The position numbers were made by a program, and so were the translations under genes. A DNA stretch of 33,551 nt from a virus: IMG/VR virus record IMGVR_UViG_3300045988_094565; one strand, 5' to 3'. Of this stretch, positions 32,700 to 33,551 are shown in pieces. The notes beneath the pieces are model-generated. The model saw only the letters and a program-made list of their open reading frames with translations. It ran no database searches and was not told the DNA's origin. The stretch's first letter is position 1, and each line of letters begins with the position of its first letter.

Positions 32700-33059
32700 T
32701 TATTTCCTCGCTTTCCTCAATAATCCCGTGACTTCGTAGGCCGTTTGAAAACATTCCTCACTATCCACATAAGCCACAAATTTAACATAGTCCACATCAT
32801 GTAAAACCTCGTTTTCAATCCGTGTTCTGATTTCTTCCGCCGCTTCATCATCTGCAACGGTGTAAAGTTCCAATTGCCAATCATCCGCCATTAGATTATT
32901 TGGTCTACTATCCGCCCCGGCGGTTGCTTCCCGTGGCAAAAGGTAAACCATGTAAGGTAATGGCGGCACGGGGTTTTCTAAAGTCCCCTCAAAGGCGTTT
33001 TTTGTTATGGGTAGTCCCAGGCTTTCCGCCCTCTCTGTTAATACTGCTGCCGTTGCCAT
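32700..33059 (-). CDS. Tail completion / tail-to-head joining protein (gp17-like, tentative)
   Basis: 119 aa between the gp10-like protein and the major tail protein. Assigned by position only. Confidence 0.4.
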   Translation of the reverse strand: MATAAVLTERAESLGLPITKNAFEGTLENPVPPLPYMVYLLPREATAGADSRPNNLMADDWQLELYTVADDEAAEEIRTRIENEVLHDVDYVKFVAYVDSEECFQTAYEVTGLLRKARK

Positions 33060-33061
33060 TT

Positions 33062-33454
33062 TTACCCCCTTAATTTGCTTTCAATCTTTCCGGTTACCAT
33101 TTCGCCCAATTGTTCATTGACCGGGGCAATGTGGCTAAATGCCTTTACACGGCCCCCTTTTCTGCTTTGGTGTCCGTTTTCCAAAAGGTGGGTTAATTGG
33201 TAATGCTTCTTGTTATAAACGCTATATCCATTTAACCCGGTAACTACACTTGTCCGGCTTCCTCGCTTGTCAACCGCCCAATCTTTTGTGTATGCTCCGG
33301 TTCTTTCCTGGTACGGTCCGCCTTTTTTTAACATTTCTGCGGCTTCTTTTGCCGTTTCCTGGAAACTGTCATTTGCTGCGTTTATCACTTCCGCATTGAA
33401 ATTTTCCAATTCTTTTTTTATTTCTTCGTCCAGGCTATCAAGTGAAACTTTCAA
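33062..33454 (-). CDS. HK97 gp10-family head-tail joining protein
   Basis: ...YQLTHLLENGH... motif and size. Its start lies inside the 141-bp terminal duplicate, showing gene continuity across the junction. Confidence 0.6.
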   Translation of the reverse strand: MKVSLDSLDEEIKKELENFNAEVINAANDSFQETAKEAAEMLKKGGPYQERTGAYTKDWAVDKRGSRTSVVTGLNGYSVYNKKHYQLTHLLENGHQSRKGGRVKAFSHIAPVNEQLGEMVTGKIESKLRG

Positions 33455-33551
33455 CCTTTCCCCACCCTTTCCGCAATATACAACTCCGTTTTTCCGTTGC
33501 TCTTCGGTCCGTAGGTTCTGTATACCGCATAACGCTTTCCGTCTATGGAAA
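33411..33551. repeat. Second copy of the 141-bp terminal overlap (identical to 1..141)
   Basis: Direct comparison. Confidence 0.9.

Noticed and set aside
1-33551. tRNA, rRNA or tmRNA genes
   Set aside because: Reading the intergenic regions by eye turned up no cloverleaf-like or rRNA-like segment. A tRNAscan/Infernal run would be needed to exclude them formally.

Overview
The window is a complete tailed-phage genome of siphovirus type. It was assembled as a circle: bases 1-141 are repeated exactly at 33411-33551, so the unique length is about 33,410 bp. Every credible gene lies on the minus strand, and all plus-strand ORFs in the track look like antisense shadows.

Reading along the minus strand (descending coordinates) the modules are:
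- Two near-identical consensus sigma70-type early promoters (about 20.3 kb and 19.4 kb) driving small genes, including a ribbon-helix-helix protein.
- An IS30-family insertion.
- A C5 cytosine methyltransferase broken into several frames exactly at simple-sequence tracts.
- A run of small hypothetical genes sharing one conserved start-associated sequence.
- An HUH-type Rep with ParA and ParB, and no integrase. This suggests a plasmid-like prophage.
- VRR-NUC, HNH, terS, terL, portal, ClpP-like protease and an HK97-like capsid.
- Connector proteins (across the circular junction), major tail protein, G/T chaperones with a CCCAAAC slippery site, tape measure, Dit and Tal-like tail-tip proteins, and tail-fibre proteins.
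- A complete diversity-generating retroelement (DGR), then holin, endolysin and a terminator.

The DGR is the strongest finding. It consists of a tail-fibre-associated target gene with a C-terminal C-type-lectin/FGE-like domain (VR 23766-23892), avd, TR (23112-23238) and a DGR-type reverse transcriptase. The 127-nt TR and VR differ at 10 positions, and all 10 are adenines of the TR coding strand.

Secondary findings:
- The methyltransferase broken at simple-sequence tracts, with several target-recognition modules, plus a genome-wide set of G7-G9 tracts.
- The duplicated promoter/operator module.
- A structured non-coding gap of about 350 bp.
- An in-frame TGA upstream of the portal gene.
- An over-represented oriented 14-mer.

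All functional calls rest on motifs recognised by eye in the translations. No database search was run.
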